Positions 41,608-53,262 of a stretch of DNA of 64,000 bases are shown here, piece by piece. The stretch covers positions 1 through 64,000 of the forward strand of contig NZ_AFNK01000035.1 in the NCBI RefSeq assembly GCF_000238795.1, written 5' to 3'. The translations under genes and the position numbers were made by a program. Under the pieces are notes generated by a model that worked only from the letters and a program-made list of their open reading frames with translations, did not search any database and had not been told where the DNA came from. How positions within the stretch are numbered: the first letter of the stretch is position 1; every line of letters starts with the position of its first letter. The stretch is from Haemophilus sputorum CCUG 13788. Its GTDB lineage: Bacteria > Pseudomonadota > Gammaproteobacteria > Enterobacterales > Pasteurellaceae.

Positions 41608-42156
41608 CTAGTTCTCTGACTGCTCGTCTAATTCATCAGCCATTGCAGCCAGCGCTTCACGAGTTAGTTGCGCTAATGCGCGATAAAATGCGGAATCTTG
41701 CGCTTCCACTTTACCTAAAAATTTGCTCATCACGGGTAATAAAAAATCCGCAAATAACGCTTGTTGAGCCGCGGTAGAATCAAGGTTATCTTCAATCCAA
41801 GAAGCGGTCAGTAATAATAGTGCGACATGATCGTAATCACTTAATACTGGCATATCGCGCGTTAAGCGAAAAGCTTCAAACTCAGAAACATTGATTTGAT
41901 AATCAGAAATTTTTGTTGAAACATGACCTGAATCGGCAAAAATAGCTTGATAAGCAGCACTTAATTCCGTAGGGTGTGCGTGTTTTTCTATCAGCGTTAG
42001 CGCTAATTCGCTCTGCGCATCGGTGTTAAGCGCCCATTGCTGGCGTAATCCACCTTGAGCTAACCAGTTGAAAGTACCAGCTAATAAAGAATCAGTCGGC
42101 TGGCGGTAGAAAAGATTCCCAAATAAACGACATAATAGGGAAAAATCGTTAATCAT
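41608..42156 (-). CDS. TorD/DmsD-family redox-enzyme maturation (Tat proofreading) chaperone
   Basis: MINDFSLLCRLFGNLFYRQP and FYRALAQLTREAL resemble the DmsD signature segments (VAARVLGALFYYAP; FYRALGELARLTL). Confidence 0.5.
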   Translation of the reverse strand: MINDFSLLCRLFGNLFYRQPTDSLLAGTFNWLAQGGLRQQWALNTDAQSELALTLIEKHAHPTELSAAYQAIFADSGHVSTKISDYQINVSEFEAFRLTRDMPVLSDYDHVALLLLTASWIEDNLDSTAAQQALFADFLLPVMSKFLGKVEAQDSAFYRALAQLTREALAAMADELDEQSEN

Positions 42157-42231
42157 TGTTTCGTGCATTTTTTTCTCAAATGAAAGGAAAGTGCAGTTAT
42201 TTTACATGAAATTCAGTTAATAGGACACAAA

Positions 42232-43077
42232 ATGAAATATATCGGCGCACATGTGAGTGCTTCTGGCGGCGTAGAAAATGCCGTGTTACGCGCAGTAGAA
42301 ATTGGGGCAAATGCCTTTGCATTATTTACTAAAAACCAGCGCCAATGGCAAGCCCCTGCACTTAAAGCAGAAACCATTGAAAAATTTAAACGTTTTTGCC
42401 AAGTCCATGGGTTTTCTTCCGCCCAAATTCTGCCACATGACAGCTATTTAATTAACCTTGGCAGCCCAGAAGCCGAAGGCTTAGAGAAATCTCGTGCCGC
42501 TTTCATTGATGAAATGCAACGCGCCGACCAATTAGGTTTAACCTTGTTAAATTTCCACCCAGGCTCACACTTAAATAAAATTAGCGAAAGTGACTGTTTA
42601 GCACGTATTGCCGAATCGATTAACATCGCTATTGATGCAGTACCGAATGTGGTGGCGGTGATTGAAAACACGGCAGGACAAGGCTCAAATTTAGGTTATC
42701 GCTTTGAACATTTAGCTGAAATTATTGAACAAGTTGAAAATAAAAAGCGTGTTGGCGTTTGTTTAGATACTTGCCACACTTTCTCTGCAGGCTATGACAT
42801 CAGCTCATTAGCAGGCTGCCAAAGCGTATTTCAGGAATTTGACCAAGTTGTTGGCTTTGAATATTTACGGGGAATGCACTTAAACGGTTCAAAAACGCCA
42901 TTAGGTAGCCAAAAAGACCGTCACGATACCTTGCGCGAAGGAACCATTGGTACCGAATTTTGCAAATTTATTATGAAAGATGACCGCTTTAATGGCATTC
43001 CAATGATCTTAGAAACCATCAATCCAGATATTTGGGCAGAAGAGATTGCCTACTTACGCAGCCTAGAAAAAGTATAA
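42232..43077 (+). CDS. nfo: Endonuclease IV (AP endonuclease)
   Basis: [39 protein letters not shown] matches the Nfo N-terminus. 281 aa. Confidence 0.9.
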   Translation: MKYIGAHVSASGGVENAVLRAVEIGANAFALFTKNQRQWQAPALKAETIEKFKRFCQVHGFSSAQILPHDSYLINLGSPEAEGLEKSRAAFIDEMQRADQLGLTLLNFHPGSHLNKISESDCLARIAESINIAIDAVPNVVAVIENTAGQGSNLGYRFEHLAEIIEQVENKKRVGVCLDTCHTFSAGYDISSLAGCQSVFQEFDQVVGFEYLRGMHLNGSKTPLGSQKDRHDTLREGTIGTEFCKFIMKDDRFNGIPMILETINPDIWAEEIAYLRSLEKV

Positions 43078-43204
43078 AAAGAATGGAATAAAAAATAATT
43101 TGCTGCCAAGCGTTAGATTAACGTTTGGCAGCAGATCTTTTTTATCTATCTAACTAGAATTTTACAGCGAAACCTGCAAAGTAAACCATTTGTTAAGTGT
43201 TGAG

Positions 43205-44386
43205 TTAGAAACCACCTGGCCCACGGCGCGGTTCACTGCTGATTTTTTCGCTATTTGAACGCTGGGTCGTAATCACTTTCTCCCCCTCATTCAAACCACT
43301 TAAAATTTCCGTATGCTGACCATCCGCTAAACCAATCTCGACTTTTTTCTCAATCGGCTGTTGATTTTCTAACACTTGCACGTAGTTTTCACCGTTACGT
43401 TTTGTTAATGCGGTATTTGGCACCACTAACACATTTTCACGTTTCGCGATATCGACTTGCCCCTGCACAGTCATCCCAATACGTAACCGTTGCTCACTAT
43501 TATCTACCAATGCATTGGCATAGTAATAAATTGCTTCCGTATTCCCTGATTGCTCCACATATTTATTCGATGAATTATCATCACTTAATGTTGTAAGCGC
43601 TGGATCAATGCTTTCAATTTGACTTTGAATCCGATAATTCGGCTCAGCTAAAGTGGTAAAACTCATCGCCTGACCTGCCCTAACCTGAGCAATATCGCCT
43701 TCTGAAATTTCTAACTTAATCAACATTTTAGAAAGATCGGCGACATGCACAATGGTTGGTGAACTTTGTGCAGAGTTTACCGTTTGTCCAATCGAAACCG
43801 GAATAGAAACAATCACGCCATCCATTGGCGATAAAATTTGAGTGTAATTTAAGTTAGTCCGCGCGTTATTTACCGAAATTTGAGATTGCTTAATCTGCGC
43901 GATCGCCTCATTCACGCTCGCTTTGGCTGAAGCTAAAGTATTTTTCGCGGTTTCAACTTCTGCTTCAGATGCACTATTTTGCTTATACAATTTGCTTAAT
44001 CGGTTATAGTTGGCTTGCGCCACTTCTAACGCCACTTTCGCTGAAGCCAGTTGGGCTTGATAAGAAGCTAATTGCGCTTCTGCAGTACTTAAACTATTGC
44101 TTTGGCTACTTGAATCAATTTCAGCAATTAAATCGCCTTTTTTGACTGTTTGCCCAAGCTTTACATACAAGTTAATAATGCGTCCAGATACCTGTGCGCC
44201 AACCTCTGTTCGCTGACTAGCGCGTACAGAACCTGTTGCTAGCACGGTTTTTTCTAAAGTTGTACGAGAAACAGCTTCAGTAATGTAATGGACTTGCTTA
44301 GCGTTATCTTCCTTGCTGTAGTAAACATAGCCTGCGACACCTAAAGCGGTAATACCAAGCAACAAAGCAAAAGATTTGAATTTCAT
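43205..44386 (-). CDS. macA: HlyD/MacA-family periplasmic adaptor subunit, with no adjacent MacB partner
   Basis: Alignable along its length to E. coli MacA (VGAQVSG...; NLNYTQILSPMDGVI...). No MacB-like ABC gene lies downstream. The next gene is nfo on the opposite strand. Confidence 0.6.
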   Translation of the reverse strand: MKFKSFALLLGITALGVAGYVYYSKEDNAKQVHYITEAVSRTTLEKTVLATGSVRASQRTEVGAQVSGRIINLYVKLGQTVKKGDLIAEIDSSSQSNSLSTAEAQLASYQAQLASAKVALEVAQANYNRLSKLYKQNSASEAEVETAKNTLASAKASVNEAIAQIKQSQISVNNARTNLNYTQILSPMDGVIVSIPVSIGQTVNSAQSSPTIVHVADLSKMLIKLEISEGDIAQVRAGQAMSFTTLAEPNYRIQSQIESIDPALTTLSDDNSSNKYVEQSGNTEAIYYYANALVDNSEQRLRIGMTVQGQVDIAKRENVLVVPNTALTKRNGENYVQVLENQQPIEKKVEIGLADGQHTEILSGLNEGEKVITTQRSNSEKISSEPRRGPGGF

Positions 44387-44481
44387 ATTATTTTCCCAAA
44401 GAAAGATAGCGGTTAAAATTGACTATCATTTTGCAAAATGGTTTCAAAATTTAACCGCTTGTTTCTTCTTTTTCGAGTAAA

Positions 44482-45297
44482 TTAAGCTAAATTAAACAGC
44501 TTACGTAAATAGCAAGCGACGGCTTCATCTTTATTCTCACCAATCACTTCATGCTCAGGTAATAGGGCTTTAAGTCGCTTATCAGCGTTTCCCATTACAC
44601 AGCCTTTTCCAGCGCGAGCGAGCATCTCTTTATCATTTAAGCCATCCCCAAAAGCAATGCAATCGCTAAGTTGATAGCCTCGATGTGTAACAAGTTCATC
44701 TAAAGCATTTGCTTTGGACACATTTTTATTCATCACTTCTAGACACTGTGGCGTGGAATAAGTCATATAAACTTGTTCACCGAATTTAGCTTGGATATAA
44801 GCCTCAATCGGGGCGAGATCTGCTGGTGTTCTGCCGATATAAAAAACTTTTTCGGTTTCTCTACCGTGATGATTCTGGAAATCAACCACTTTGTAGCAAT
44901 ATCCTGAATCTTGATGGTATTTTTTCAATGCTTCAATATCCACGTTGATAAACCAATCATCGCCTTGATAGCTATTTAAACAAACATTCAGTGGGTCAAA
45001 TGGCACTGACATTAAAGCTTTGGCTAAATTTTCTGGTAAATAGTGATTCAATACCGTTTTACCCGATAAAAAATTCGCTCGTGCCCCATTTGAGGTGACC
45101 AACATAGCCTCATCAACGGGCACTTTTTTAATCAGATGTTTCACATCCGGATAATTACGCCCCGTAGCAAAATAAATATCAACCCCTTTTTTAGCAAGCT
45201 GACTAAGAGTTTGAATCGTAAATTCTCCGATTCGATGCTCCCCGTTAAGCAATGTGCCATCCAAATCTGAAATAATGGCTTTAAACGGCATGGTCAT
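44482..45297 (-). CDS. Cof-type HAD-IIB family hydrolase (sugar phosphatase-like)
   Basis: N-terminal HAD motif I IISDLDGTLL. Motif IV FGDGLNDKEML. 271 aa. Confidence 0.7.
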   Translation of the reverse strand: MTMPFKAIISDLDGTLLNGEHRIGEFTIQTLSQLAKKGVDIYFATGRNYPDVKHLIKKVPVDEAMLVTSNGARANFLSGKTVLNHYLPENLAKALMSVPFDPLNVCLNSYQGDDWFINVDIEALKKYHQDSGYCYKVVDFQNHHGRETEKVFYIGRTPADLAPIEAYIQAKFGEQVYMTYSTPQCLEVMNKNVSKANALDELVTHRGYQLSDCIAFGDGLNDKEMLARAGKGCVMGNADKRLKALLPEHEVIGENKDEAVACYLRKLFNLA

Positions 45298-45653
45298 AAA
45301 GACTCCTTAGATTAAAAATTATCAAAGCTAGCCTATCAAATTCTCTAGGTTTGTTCAAAGAGAATCCTTTCATTTGATAGCTCATTTCAAATTGATTAAA
45401 AAATCATCAAACACTCCTTAAGATTAAATTACTTTAATTTTCAATAATTATTTAACATTTATTTGACATCACCATCTAAACTTGACACATTCATCTATAA
45501 ATCAACATATCTTTAGCATTTTACGCTATTTGAAATCACAATTTAATCTAGTAAACGTTTGCGCAAAGTGAAATACACTATTGACAATACTCCAAATGAG
45601 TTTAATATACACAGCGCAAACAAATTACAATGCAAACACAAACACACACAACA

Positions 45654-45701
45654 ATGGAAAAACAACTCTCACTCCGATTATCTCTGTTATCGTATTTTTG
45701 A
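45654..45701 (+). CDS. Candidate leu leader peptide (15 aa, MEKQLSLRLSLLSYF)
   Basis: Small ORF with 5 Leu codons in 15. A sigma70-like promoter lies ~70 nt upstream (ttgaca-16nt-taatat at ~45582-45609). A terminator hairpin lies ~50 nt downstream, ahead of leuA. Confidence 0.35.
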   Translation: MEKQLSLRLSLLSYF

Positions 45702-45750
45702 TGCGAGGATAAAGATTGTCTGAGAAATGAGTTCACTATCCACAACTTTC

Positions 45751-45777
45751 GCCCGCATCTCCATGCGGGCTTTTTTT
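45751..45777 (+). terminator. Candidate leu attenuator terminator
   Basis: gcccgcatctccatgcgggc followed by ttttttt, located between the leader ORF and the leuA start. Confidence 0.5.
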
Positions 45778-45851
45778 ATCTCTAAAAAGAGAATACAATC
45801 AAAGCGTTTGTGGCAAAACCATTCCCACACAACGCATACAGAGGACTGATT

Positions 45852-47396
45852 ATGAGCAATAACAACATTATTATTTTTGATACAACTCTTCGTGATGGTG
45901 AACAAGCATTAAAAGCGAGCTTAACCGTAAAAGAAAAATTACAAATTGCTTTAGCGCTTGAACGTTTAGGTGTGGATGTGATGGAAGTGGGTTTTCCAGT
46001 ATCTTCTCAAGGGGATTTTGAATCTGTACAAACGATTGCACGTCATATCAAAAATAGTCGTGTAGCCGCACTTTCTCGCGCAGTCGATAAAGATATTGAT
46101 GCAGCTTATGAGGCATTAAAAGTGGCTGAAGCTTTTCGTATTCATACCTTTATTGCCAGCTCAGCATTACATGTTGAGGCTAAATTAAAACGTTCTTTCG
46201 ATGATGTGGTAGAAATGGCTGTGGCAGCTGTGAAACGTGCACGCAACTATACCGATGATGTGGAATTCTCTTGTGAAGATGCAGGCCGTACCGGAATTGA
46301 TAATATCTGCCGAATTGTAGAAGCTGCCATTAACGCTGGCGCAACAACGGTTAATATTCCAGATACAGTAGGTTTCTGCTTACCAAATGAATATGGCAAC
46401 ATCATTGCTCAAGTGCGTAACCGCGTACCAAATATTGATAAAGCGATTATTTCCGTGCATTGCCATAATGACTTAGGTATGGCAACTGCAAACTCCTTAA
46501 CCGCAGTACAAAATGGCGCAAGACAAATTGAGTGTACCATTAACGGTATTGGCGAACGTGCAGGTAATACCGCATTAGAAGAAGTGGTGATGGGAATTAA
46601 AACCCGCCAAGATTTTATGGGCGTAGATACGCGCATTAACACACAAGAAATTCACCGTGTTAGCCAAATGGTTAGCCAACTTTGTAATATGCCGATTCAG
46701 CCGAATAAAGCAATTGTAGGTTCAAATGCCTTTGCGCACTCTTCTGGTATTCACCAAGATGGCATGTTGAAAAACAAAAATACCTATGAAATCATGTCAC
46801 CAGAAACCATTGGCTTGAAGAAAGAGAAATTAAACTTAACCGCACGCTCTGGTCGCGCAGCCGTGAAAGGTCACATGGCAGATATGGGTTACACCGAGCA
46901 AGATTATGATTTAGATAAATTATATGATGCTTTCTTAAAATTAGCCGATAAAAAAGGCCAAGTGTTCGATTATGATTTGGAAGCCTTAGCATTTATCGAT
47001 ATGCAACAAGGTGATGAAGATCGTTTAGTATTAGATAAACTTTCTGCCCACTCCACTAAAGAATATCCGGCCACAGCTTTTGTTCAAATCGAACTAGATG
47101 GTGAGAAATTAAGTACTTCTTCAATCGGTGGTAACGGCCCAGTAGATGCCGTTTATAATGCGATTTTGAACTTGACTGGCTTAGAGATCAAAATGTCTCA
47201 CTATAACTTAACCGCTAAAGGAGAAGGTGCTGAAGCCTTAGGTCAGGTAGATATTGTGGTTGAACACGAAGGCCGTAAATTCCACGGTGTAGGTTTGGCG
47301 ACAGACATTGTTGAATCTTCCGCACTTGCCTTAGTTCACGCCATCAATGCGATTTATCGTGCGCATAAAGTGGCGAATTTAAAAGCTAAACACTAA
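45852..47396 (+). CDS. leuA: 2-isopropylmalate synthase
   Basis: [18 protein letters not shown] matches the E. coli LeuA N-terminus [17 protein letters not shown]. ~514 aa with a C-terminal regulatory domain. Confidence 0.9.
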   Translation: MSNNNIIIFDTTLRDGEQALKASLTVKEKLQIALALERLGVDVMEVGFPVSSQGDFESVQTIARHIKNSRVAALSRAVDKDIDAAYEALKVAEAFRIHTFIASSALHVEAKLKRSFDDVVEMAVAAVKRARNYTDDVEFSCEDAGRTGIDNICRIVEAAINAGATTVNIPDTVGFCLPNEYGNIIAQVRNRVPNIDKAIISVHCHNDLGMATANSLTAVQNGARQIECTINGIGERAGNTALEEVVMGIKTRQDFMGVDTRINTQEIHRVSQMVSQLCNMPIQPNKAIVGSNAFAHSSGIHQDGMLKNKNTYEIMSPETIGLKKEKLNLTARSGRAAVKGHMADMGYTEQDYDLDKLYDAFLKLADKKGQVFDYDLEALAFIDMQQGDEDRLVLDKLSAHSTKEYPATAFVQIELDGEKLSTSSIGGNGPVDAVYNAILNLTGLEIKMSHYNLTAKGEGAEALGQVDIVVEHEGRKFHGVGLATDIVESSALALVHAINAIYRAHKVANLKAKH

Positions 47397-47421
47397 TCCA
47401 AAACTAAAGCTTGAAAAGCAA

Positions 47422-47465
47422 AAAGCGAGTGGCATAATTTACATCCACTCGCTTTTATTTTTATT
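47422..47465. terminator. Bidirectional terminator between convergent leuA and trpA
   Basis: aaaaagcgagtggcataatttacatccactcgcttttatttttatt. Confidence 0.6.
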
Positions 47466-47469
47466 GTAA

Positions 47470-48279
47470 CTAACTGCGCGTTGCCGCTTTCATTTCACTA
47501 ACAAAAGCCGATAATTCTCGAATTAAATTGGCTTGGTTATCTAAATTACGTTCAATAATTTTTACAATCGCCGAGCCTGAAATCGCACCATCACAACCTA
47601 GCGCTAGCGCTTCTTTGACTTGTTCTGGTTTGGCAATACCGAAGCCTTGCAAAATTGGAGCAGAATTCGACCGCTTGAGGCTTTCAACTAATGTATCTAA
47701 ATTGCCAGCATGAGATTGGTTTTCGGCACTAGTTACCCCTGCACGAGAAACTAAATAGGTATAACCTTCGGTTAAGTTGGCAATACGAGAAATTGTGGCT
47801 TCATCTGCGTTGGGCGGGCAAATAAACACAGGTTGAATACCATGTACTTTTGCAGTTGGTACAAACTCTTCTGCAGCTAAGATTGGTAAATCTGCAATTA
47901 ACACCGCATCAACGCCTGCCTTTTGGCAGCGTTTAAAGAAAGCTTCTTGAGTCGGTACAAAAACCAAATTAGCACACAACAGCAAACCAATCGGCATTTC
48001 TGGATATTTTGCGCGGATTTTCTCAATCAACTCAAAGCAATTATCTGTGCTAAAACCGCCATCTAATGCCCGTTTATTGGCTGCCTGAATCACCGGCCCA
48101 TCTAAAAGTGGATCAGAAAACGGAAAACCTAGCTCTAATGCATCCGCACCGTTGGCAATTAAAGTTTCAATAATTTCAAATGAACGGTCAAAATCTGGAT
48201 CGCAAAGGGTCACAAATGGCACAAATGCCCCTTCATTTTTTGCTTTTAAGCTTTGAAATAAAGTGTCAAAACGGCTCAT
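47470..48279 (-). CDS. trpA: Tryptophan synthase alpha chain
   Basis: 269 aa TrpA fold (...[22 protein letters not shown]...GFGI...). Its start overlaps the trpB stop. Confidence 0.9.
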   Translation of the reverse strand: MSRFDTLFQSLKAKNEGAFVPFVTLCDPDFDRSFEIIETLIANGADALELGFPFSDPLLDGPVIQAANKRALDGGFSTDNCFELIEKIRAKYPEMPIGLLLCANLVFVPTQEAFFKRCQKAGVDAVLIADLPILAAEEFVPTAKVHGIQPVFICPPNADEATISRIANLTEGYTYLVSRAGVTSAENQSHAGNLDTLVESLKRSNSAPILQGFGIAKPEQVKEALALGCDGAISGSAIVKIIERNLDNQANLIRELSAFVSEMKAATRS

Positions 48280-49472
48280 TAGTTTGCTCCTCCATTTAAA
48301 ATTTTATCTACGGTAAAAATGTCTTTATCGCCACGTCCTGATAAATTCACCACTAATAATTGTTCTTTTTCTGGTTGTTGTTTAATCAGTTTTAACGCAT
48401 AAGCTAAAGCGTGAGAAGATTCTAATGCAGGAATAATCCCTTCATGTCTTGCTAGCGCTTGGAATGCTTCTAAAGCCTCATCATCAGTAATAGAAACATA
48501 TTCCGCTCGGCCTGTTGCATTCAAATAAGCATGCTGTGGCCCTACTGATGGGAAATCTAGTCCAGCTGAAATTGAATAGGATTCTTCAATTTGTCCATCT
48601 TTATCTTGCATAATTGGCGATTTCATACCGAAATAGATACCCGTTGTGCCATGTTTAAGCGGTGCGCCATGCTCGCCTGTTTCAATCCCTTTACCAGCTG
48701 GCTCAACACCAATTAACCCAACTGCAGTTTCATCAATAAAATCGGCAAACATACCAATCGCATTTGAACCGCCACCGACAGCGGCAATCACCGCATCTGG
48801 TAAGCGCCCTTCTCTTTCAAGAATTTGACGTTTGGTTTCAATGCCAATCATTTTCTGAAATTCTCTTACCATTGTTGGGAATGGATGTGGCCCTGCAGCC
48901 GTGCCAATTAAGTAATGAGTGGTTTCATAATTAGCAGCCCAATCTCGCATTGCTTCACAGCAAGCATCTTTTAACGAACAAGAGCCTTTTTGCACTGGAA
49001 TAACTTCAGCCCCCATTAAACGCATACGAAACACGTTTGGAGATTGGCGTTCCACATCTTTTGCGCCCATATAAACCACACAAGGCATATCTAACATAGC
49101 GCACGCTAAGGCAGTCGCGACACCATGCTGACCTGCGCCAGTTTCAGCAATAATTCTCGTTTTCCCCATGCGTTTTGCCAATAAAATTTGGCCTAAAACT
49201 TGGTTAGTTTTATGTGCACCACCATGTAATAAATCTTCTCGTTTAAGGTAAAGTTTAGTTTTACTGCCTTTCGTTAAGTTACGACAAAGCGTTAAAGCGG
49301 TTGGGCGACCTGCATAATTTTTCAGTAAATCGGCAAATTCGGCTTGAAATGTAGGATCGTTTTGCGCTTCAACAAAAGCTTGCTCAAGCTGTTTTAGTAC
49401 AGGCACTAAAATTTCCGGTACATACATTCCCCCAAATTCACCGAAATAAGGGTTTAAAAGTGTGTCTGACAT
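48279..49472 (-). CDS. trpB: Tryptophan synthase beta chain
   Basis: 397 aa. PLP-lysine region [13 protein letters not shown]. Motif GGGSNAIG. Confidence 0.95.
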   Translation of the reverse strand: MSDTLLNPYFGEFGGMYVPEILVPVLKQLEQAFVEAQNDPTFQAEFADLLKNYAGRPTALTLCRNLTKGSKTKLYLKREDLLHGGAHKTNQVLGQILLAKRMGKTRIIAETGAGQHGVATALACAMLDMPCVVYMGAKDVERQSPNVFRMRLMGAEVIPVQKGSCSLKDACCEAMRDWAANYETTHYLIGTAAGPHPFPTMVREFQKMIGIETKRQILEREGRLPDAVIAAVGGGSNAIGMFADFIDETAVGLIGVEPAGKGIETGEHGAPLKHGTTGIYFGMKSPIMQDKDGQIEESYSISAGLDFPSVGPQHAYLNATGRAEYVSITDDEALEAFQALARHEGIIPALESSHALAYALKLIKQQPEKEQLLVVNLSGRGDKDIFTVDKILNGGAN

Positions 49473-49568
49473 ATTTTGTTATTTCCTTTTTAATTTTTTG
49501 TTCGATTGCTTTTATAAAGAATGGCTTAAAAACGGCGTACTCAGCACGCCCTTAAGGTACCCCATCTA

Positions 49569-50318
49569 TTATTTTCGGCTGACTGACATACCCGCAAAAC
49601 TTTGTGCAGTTGGCATAACTTCAATGCGGTTAATATTGACATGCTCTGGTTGTTGATTTAGCCATAGCACAATATTAGCAATATCCTCTGGGCTAACATA
49701 CTCAACATTTTCATAAACCTTCGCTGCTTTTTCATCATCGCCATGGAAGCGCACATTTGAAAATTCTGTACCACCACATAAGCCCGGCTCAACATTGGTT
49801 ACTCGTACATTGGTGCCGGCTAAATCTGCACGCAGATTCAAGCTAAATTGCTTCACAAACGCTTTCGTTCCACCGTAAACATTGCTACCCGCATAAGGAT
49901 AATTTCCTGCAATTGAGCCTAAATTGATAACATGCCCCGTATTACGCGCTACCATTTCAGGTAAAATTAAACGGGTAACCGTAATCAAGCCTTTAATGTT
50001 CGTATCAATCATCTGATACCAATCTGCTAAATTTGCTTGATGTGCTTGCTCAAGCCCTAAAGCAAGCCCTGCATTATTTACTAATAAATCAACATGCTTC
50101 CAACCTTCAGGACGGCTATTTAATGCCTGTTCAGTCGCTTTTTCATCGCTCACATCAAATGCAAGCGGTAAGAAATTATTGCCTAATTGCGAATGTAACT
50201 CTGCTAAACGCGCTGCGCGTCTGCCAGTTCCAATCACTTTATAACCTGAAGCAATCAGCAATTTACAAATAGCCGTACCAAATCCTGCTGTTGCGCCAGT
50301 CACTAATGCGGTTCTCAT
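49569..50318 (-). CDS. ydfG: NADP-dependent 3-hydroxy acid dehydrogenase, SDR family
   Basis: LVTGATAGFG...NNAGLALG...YGGTKAFVKQFSLNLR is alignable along its full length to E. coli YdfG. Confidence 0.8.
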   Translation of the reverse strand: MRTALVTGATAGFGTAICKLLIASGYKVIGTGRRAARLAELHSQLGNNFLPLAFDVSDEKATEQALNSRPEGWKHVDLLVNNAGLALGLEQAHQANLADWYQMIDTNIKGLITVTRLILPEMVARNTGHVINLGSIAGNYPYAGSNVYGGTKAFVKQFSLNLRADLAGTNVRVTNVEPGLCGGTEFSNVRFHGDDEKAAKVYENVEYVSPEDIANIVLWLNQQPEHVNINRIEVMPTAQSFAGMSVSRK

Positions 50319-50426
50319 GTTTACTCCTCATTTTAACTTGTACTATTAAAGTAGTACATTTTTATTTTTGATGCAAGTAGAAGCGGTGTGATTTTGCAAA
50401 AAATTCACAAAATCACACCGCTAGCA

Positions 50427-50888
50427 TTAAACTTCGTCAATCACAAACTCAAACCACTCAATCACATCCTTTTCGTGAACGCCATTGGCAATCAGAATTT
50501 GCGCTTGTTTAACGGAGTCAGGTCGTTGGGAAATGAGTGGATGCCAATCAAACAACGGCTTACCTTCATAAAGTAGGCGATAAGCACAAGTTTTAGGCAA
50601 CCAGCCGAAATCAGGTAAATTCTTTTTGGTGAGCTTAGTGCAATCTTGCTCGATTTTAAAACGGTTCGGATAATTCGTGCATCTTCCCGTTTCCACATCT
50701 AAAAGATTGCATGCCACGCGCGTATAATAAAGTCGCTCTCGCTTGCCTCTGCCTAAAATATATTTACGATAGCAGCATTTGCCACAGCCATCGCACAGCG
50801 CTTCCCACTCGGCATCATTCATTTCAAGCAGACTTTTATGCTTCCAAAATTCAGGGGTAATTTGTATTTGTTGGTCGTTTTGTTTCAT
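50427..50888 (-). CDS. ycgN: UPF0260 (YcgN) family protein
   Basis: EWEALCDGCGKCCYRKY...VACNLLDVETGRCTNY matches the YcgN Cys-motif pattern. Confidence 0.75.
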   Translation of the reverse strand: MKQNDQQIQITPEFWKHKSLLEMNDAEWEALCDGCGKCCYRKYILGRGKRERLYYTRVACNLLDVETGRCTNYPNRFKIEQDCTKLTKKNLPDFGWLPKTCAYRLLYEGKPLFDWHPLISQRPDSVKQAQILIANGVHEKDVIEWFEFVIDEV

Positions 50889-50906
50889 ACCGCAGATTCT
50901 AACATA

Positions 50907-51755
50907 TTAGCCTGCATAACGCTGAGTTAAACGCGCTAAATTTTGTGCAAAATAGGTTGGGCTTTTTAAATAAGCTTGCATTTGCGCCCAATCAAATTCG
51001 GTTTTTAACTGTTGATTTAGTGTGGCTAAATAAGCGCTATTTTCTGGATATTCTCGAATATAATCTGCCAACAGCGCTTCTTGTTTTAGCAAAGAATCGG
51101 CTTTGAGGATTTTTGCAATTTCTTCTGAAAATTTAACCGCTTGTCCTAAATAATATCCACGTTGTGCCTTGCTTAAATCGCTAAACCATATACCTTGCAT
51201 GACCGGCATTTGGGCAATTAACGCCAAAATATCTTTTAACTGCCCTGTTTTTAATTCAAACTCAAGCTCGCAAATTTTACATTCTCCCAATGGATTTCGA
51301 ATATTACCCTGATCTAACGCAATTTCGATTTGTGATTGCTGATAGTTAACTAGCCAAATATGTCGAGTAAAATCAGTACTGAAAGTCGGTAACAATTCGG
51401 CATTGATTTGAGCTGCATTTTCAAACCCTAACTGGAAATGTGTATTCAACTTAGCAAAATCAGGTTTAGGTTCATTTAATGGCAAATTATATTCAGGGCG
51501 GATGTGCACGCCATCAACGACTTTTCCTGCCGTTTTAAGTGTCATTTCATAGCGGGTATTTTCAGTGCGAACACGCAATCCCATTTGTTCATGGGCAAAA
51601 AAGCGATCTGGGGTGTCGTAATAAGTGTTACCTAAAACCACTTGATGATGCGCTGCATTCGGTAGGCCATTTAACCACGCCTGCATTTTCGCCACATTTT
51701 CTGATGCTAATCTGATTTTCAATTCAATTTCTGCGGTTTCTGCCAGCTTTGCCAT
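50907..51755 (-). CDS. CYTH-domain protein (YgiF-like inorganic triphosphatase, CYTH only)
   Basis: EIELKIRL (ExExK motif) and overall similarity to the N-terminal CYTH domain of E. coli YgiF (...RPEYN...STDF...QIEIALDQG...CELE.EL..G). Confidence 0.65.
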   Translation of the reverse strand: MAKLAETAEIELKIRLASENVAKMQAWLNGLPNAAHHQVVLGNTYYDTPDRFFAHEQMGLRVRTENTRYEMTLKTAGKVVDGVHIRPEYNLPLNEPKPDFAKLNTHFQLGFENAAQINAELLPTFSTDFTRHIWLVNYQQSQIEIALDQGNIRNPLGECKICELEFELKTGQLKDILALIAQMPVMQGIWFSDLSKAQRGYYLGQAVKFSEEIAKILKADSLLKQEALLADYIREYPENSAYLATLNQQLKTEFDWAQMQAYLKSPTYFAQNLARLTQRYAG

Positions 51756-51815
51756 TTTTTACCTCGCTGTTTTTTGCTATTATTTGGCTAATTTTTCGCT
51801 TTCTGCATTGTAACA

Positions 51816-53225
51816 ATGTTTCATCAAATCCAAAATAAACTCCATAAATTCGTCCAACGTGGTTTAGATAATCATATTCGCTTAGCCGTGACTGGATTAA
51901 GCCGTAGTGGCAAGACCGCATTTATTACCAGTCTTGTCGATCAGCTTTTGCATATTCGCAAAGATGAGGCAAATCATCTTAATCTTTTTGCGCCAGCACG
52001 CCATCATCAAATTCTTTCAGTTAAGCGTATTGAACATGGCGATCTCACTATTCCTCGTTTTGATTACGATAGAAACCGCCAATGTTTAGAAAGCCAACCG
52101 CCGATTTGGGCGCCATCTACCACTGGCATTAGCGAGATTCGCCTTGCCATTCGCTATCAGCGACAAAATGGGCTACTCAAACACTTTAAAGAAACAGGCA
52201 CGCTCTATTTAGATATTTTTGATTATCCGGGTGAATGGTTGCTTGATTTGCCAATGCTTTCGCAAGATTTCAAAACATGGTCGCAAAGCCAACAGCAAGT
52301 GCACGTTGGTCAACGGGCAGAATTAGCACAAGACTACTTACAAGCGGTCGAAAATCTTGATCTTTTTGCAAAAACCAATGAAAACCAACTCGCTGAGATT
52401 AGCGAACAATACACTCATTACCTGTTTGCTTGTAAAGATGCTGGTATGCAATACATTCAACCGGGGCGATTTGTGCTGCCAACAGAAATCATGAAAGGAG
52501 CACCGATTTATCAATTTTTCCCGTTATTAAATCAAACTGAAGCAGACTGGCAAAAATTAGAAAATAGCCCGAAAAATAGTGCTTACCATACATTGAAAAA
52601 ACGCTATCAGGCTTATCAAGAAAAAATTGTGAAACCATTTTATCAAGATTATTTTTCACAATTTGACCGCCAAGTCATTTTAGCGGACTGCTTAACACCG
52701 CTAAATCATGGTTATGAAGCCTTTTTGGAAATGAAGCTTGGTTTACAACAACTGTTTAAGCATTTCCATTATGGCAATCGCTCGCTGTTTCATCGCCTAT
52801 TTTCGGCTCAAATTGATAAACTCTTATTTGTGGCAACTAAAGCTGACCACATTACTAGCGACCAGCTGCCTAATCTTGAAAGCCTTATGCGTCAGTTGGT
52901 ACAAGAAGGTGGGCGTCATGCAGAATTTGAAGGGATTGAAACGGGTTATCACGCAATTTCCGCTATTCGTGCAACCGATCCTGTTATTACCAAACAAAAT
53001 GATGTGGCAATTAAAGCGATTCGAGGTATTCGTAGCCAAGACCGCAAACTGATTACGCTATATCCGGGAGATGTGCCTAATCGCTTACCCTCAAAAAGTT
53101 ATTGGCAATTTAACCGATTTGAGTTCGACCAATTCGAGCCGAAAGCGGTCGAATTTGACCAGCCGATTGCACATTTACGAATGGACGCTGCCTTACAGTT
53201 CCTATTGGCTGATCTGCTAGATTAA
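51816..53225 (+). CDS. ycjX: YcjX-family (DUF463) P-loop ATPase
   Basis: N-terminal [23 protein letters not shown] Walker A within a conserved YcjX-type N-terminus. 469 aa. Confidence 0.8.
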   Translation: MFHQIQNKLHKFVQRGLDNHIRLAVTGLSRSGKTAFITSLVDQLLHIRKDEANHLNLFAPARHHQILSVKRIEHGDLTIPRFDYDRNRQCLESQPPIWAPSTTGISEIRLAIRYQRQNGLLKHFKETGTLYLDIFDYPGEWLLDLPMLSQDFKTWSQSQQQVHVGQRAELAQDYLQAVENLDLFAKTNENQLAEISEQYTHYLFACKDAGMQYIQPGRFVLPTEIMKGAPIYQFFPLLNQTEADWQKLENSPKNSAYHTLKKRYQAYQEKIVKPFYQDYFSQFDRQVILADCLTPLNHGYEAFLEMKLGLQQLFKHFHYGNRSLFHRLFSAQIDKLLFVATKADHITSDQLPNLESLMRQLVQEGGRHAEFEGIETGYHAISAIRATDPVITKQNDVAIKAIRGIRSQDRKLITLYPGDVPNRLPSKSYWQFNRFEFDQFEPKAVEFDQPIAHLRMDAALQFLLADLLD

Positions 53226-53262
53226 GGTAGAATTTCATTTATTTTTATTAAGTTTGAATATT

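Noticed and set aside
45636-45660. CA-rich microrepeat (aacacaaacacacacaacaa) upstream of the leu leader
   Set aside because: Only ~4-5 imperfect CA units. Too short and degenerate to call a phase-variable SSR.
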